A stretch of DNA of 64,000 nt, from contig OZ316896.1 of assembly GCA_973895155.1 (NCBI GenBank), forward strand, positions 1,550,001 through 1,614,000, in the 5' to 3' direction. The DNA is from Marsupella aquatica (taxonomy: Eukaryota; Plantae; Marchantiophyta). A program made the translations under genes and the position numbers. Below the pieces are notes generated by a model. The model made no database searches, was not told the DNA's origin, and saw only the letters and a list, made by a program, of their open reading frames with translations. This document shows, in pieces, positions 63,510-64,000 of this stretch (positions within the stretch are counted from its first letter, which is position 1; the number at the start of each line of letters is the position of its first letter).

Positions 63510-63914
63510 TGGTCTAATATGAGATCAATAAGTGGAAATCCGTATTGTGCACGGCGTCTATTGGGACTGCGCAAACTTGCCGAAGCCTGTGTAGACTTCT
63601 TCACATCTTTGAACACGAATGTAAGTTCTTAGTCATGTCTCTTAGCAGTACTTCGTTTCCTTTAACCATTTGCAAGTTGTTCAGCCACTAGGAAAGAACT
63701 GATCGAGAAATTTAAGAGCATGAAATGAGCAATTTTGTGCTTATTGTTAACTGACCAAATCTTTGAATGTTGAACAGTGGCTGATGAGAACTTAAGCCAT
63801 GTTGGAGTTCACACCCACCGAGACCACCAAATAGCTGGACGATGATGTTGAAGAGAATCTTCTCTATTTTGGACAACCACGGCTTTGGGTCAGTATATAT
63901 TGTTTGCTGATTAA

Positions 63915-64000
63915 GTGTTCTAACGCAGCATGTCTCGGCAAAGGATCTCAAAGGAATCCTAGGCAGTACGGAATGTTAATCTAGCTTGAGAAGTTCCGAA
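63915..64000 (+). repeat. Dispersed repeat shared with 28661-28730
   Basis: Near-identical blocks, with an ~11-bp extra segment in this copy. Confidence 0.85.

Overview
Eukaryotic, intron-containing land-plant DNA. A bryophyte/liverwort-like source is inferred from an intron-containing, signal-peptide polyphenol oxidase and expanded BTB genes, but is not proven. Exon models were built by hand from GT..AG sites and phase. Left part: 5' end of an unknown, probably plastid-targeted gene (-), a 5-exon orphan gene (-), and an intact 8-exon CHMP7 (-). Next is a transposon island: a pogo/mariner-like non-autonomous element, a full-length but decayed Ty1/copia element (LTRs, ATGGA TSD, Met-i PBS, PPT) and a non-autonomous Helitron. 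Three tandem methylesterase (MES/SABP2-family) copies follow, one a pseudogene, interleaved with MULE-like elements and Helitrons. Right part: two paralogous BTB/POZ genes, a frameshifted polyphenol oxidase pseudogene, an intronless and internally deleted nardilysin-like pseudogene, and a P-class PPR gene. Related copia LTR relics lie at 2.3-3.2 kb and 58.6 kb. The most unusual item is the second BTB gene, whose BTB domain appears split by a roughly 660-aa insertion made of a poly-proline tract plus 56-aa tandem repeats. No CRISPR, rRNA or tRNA genes were recognised.
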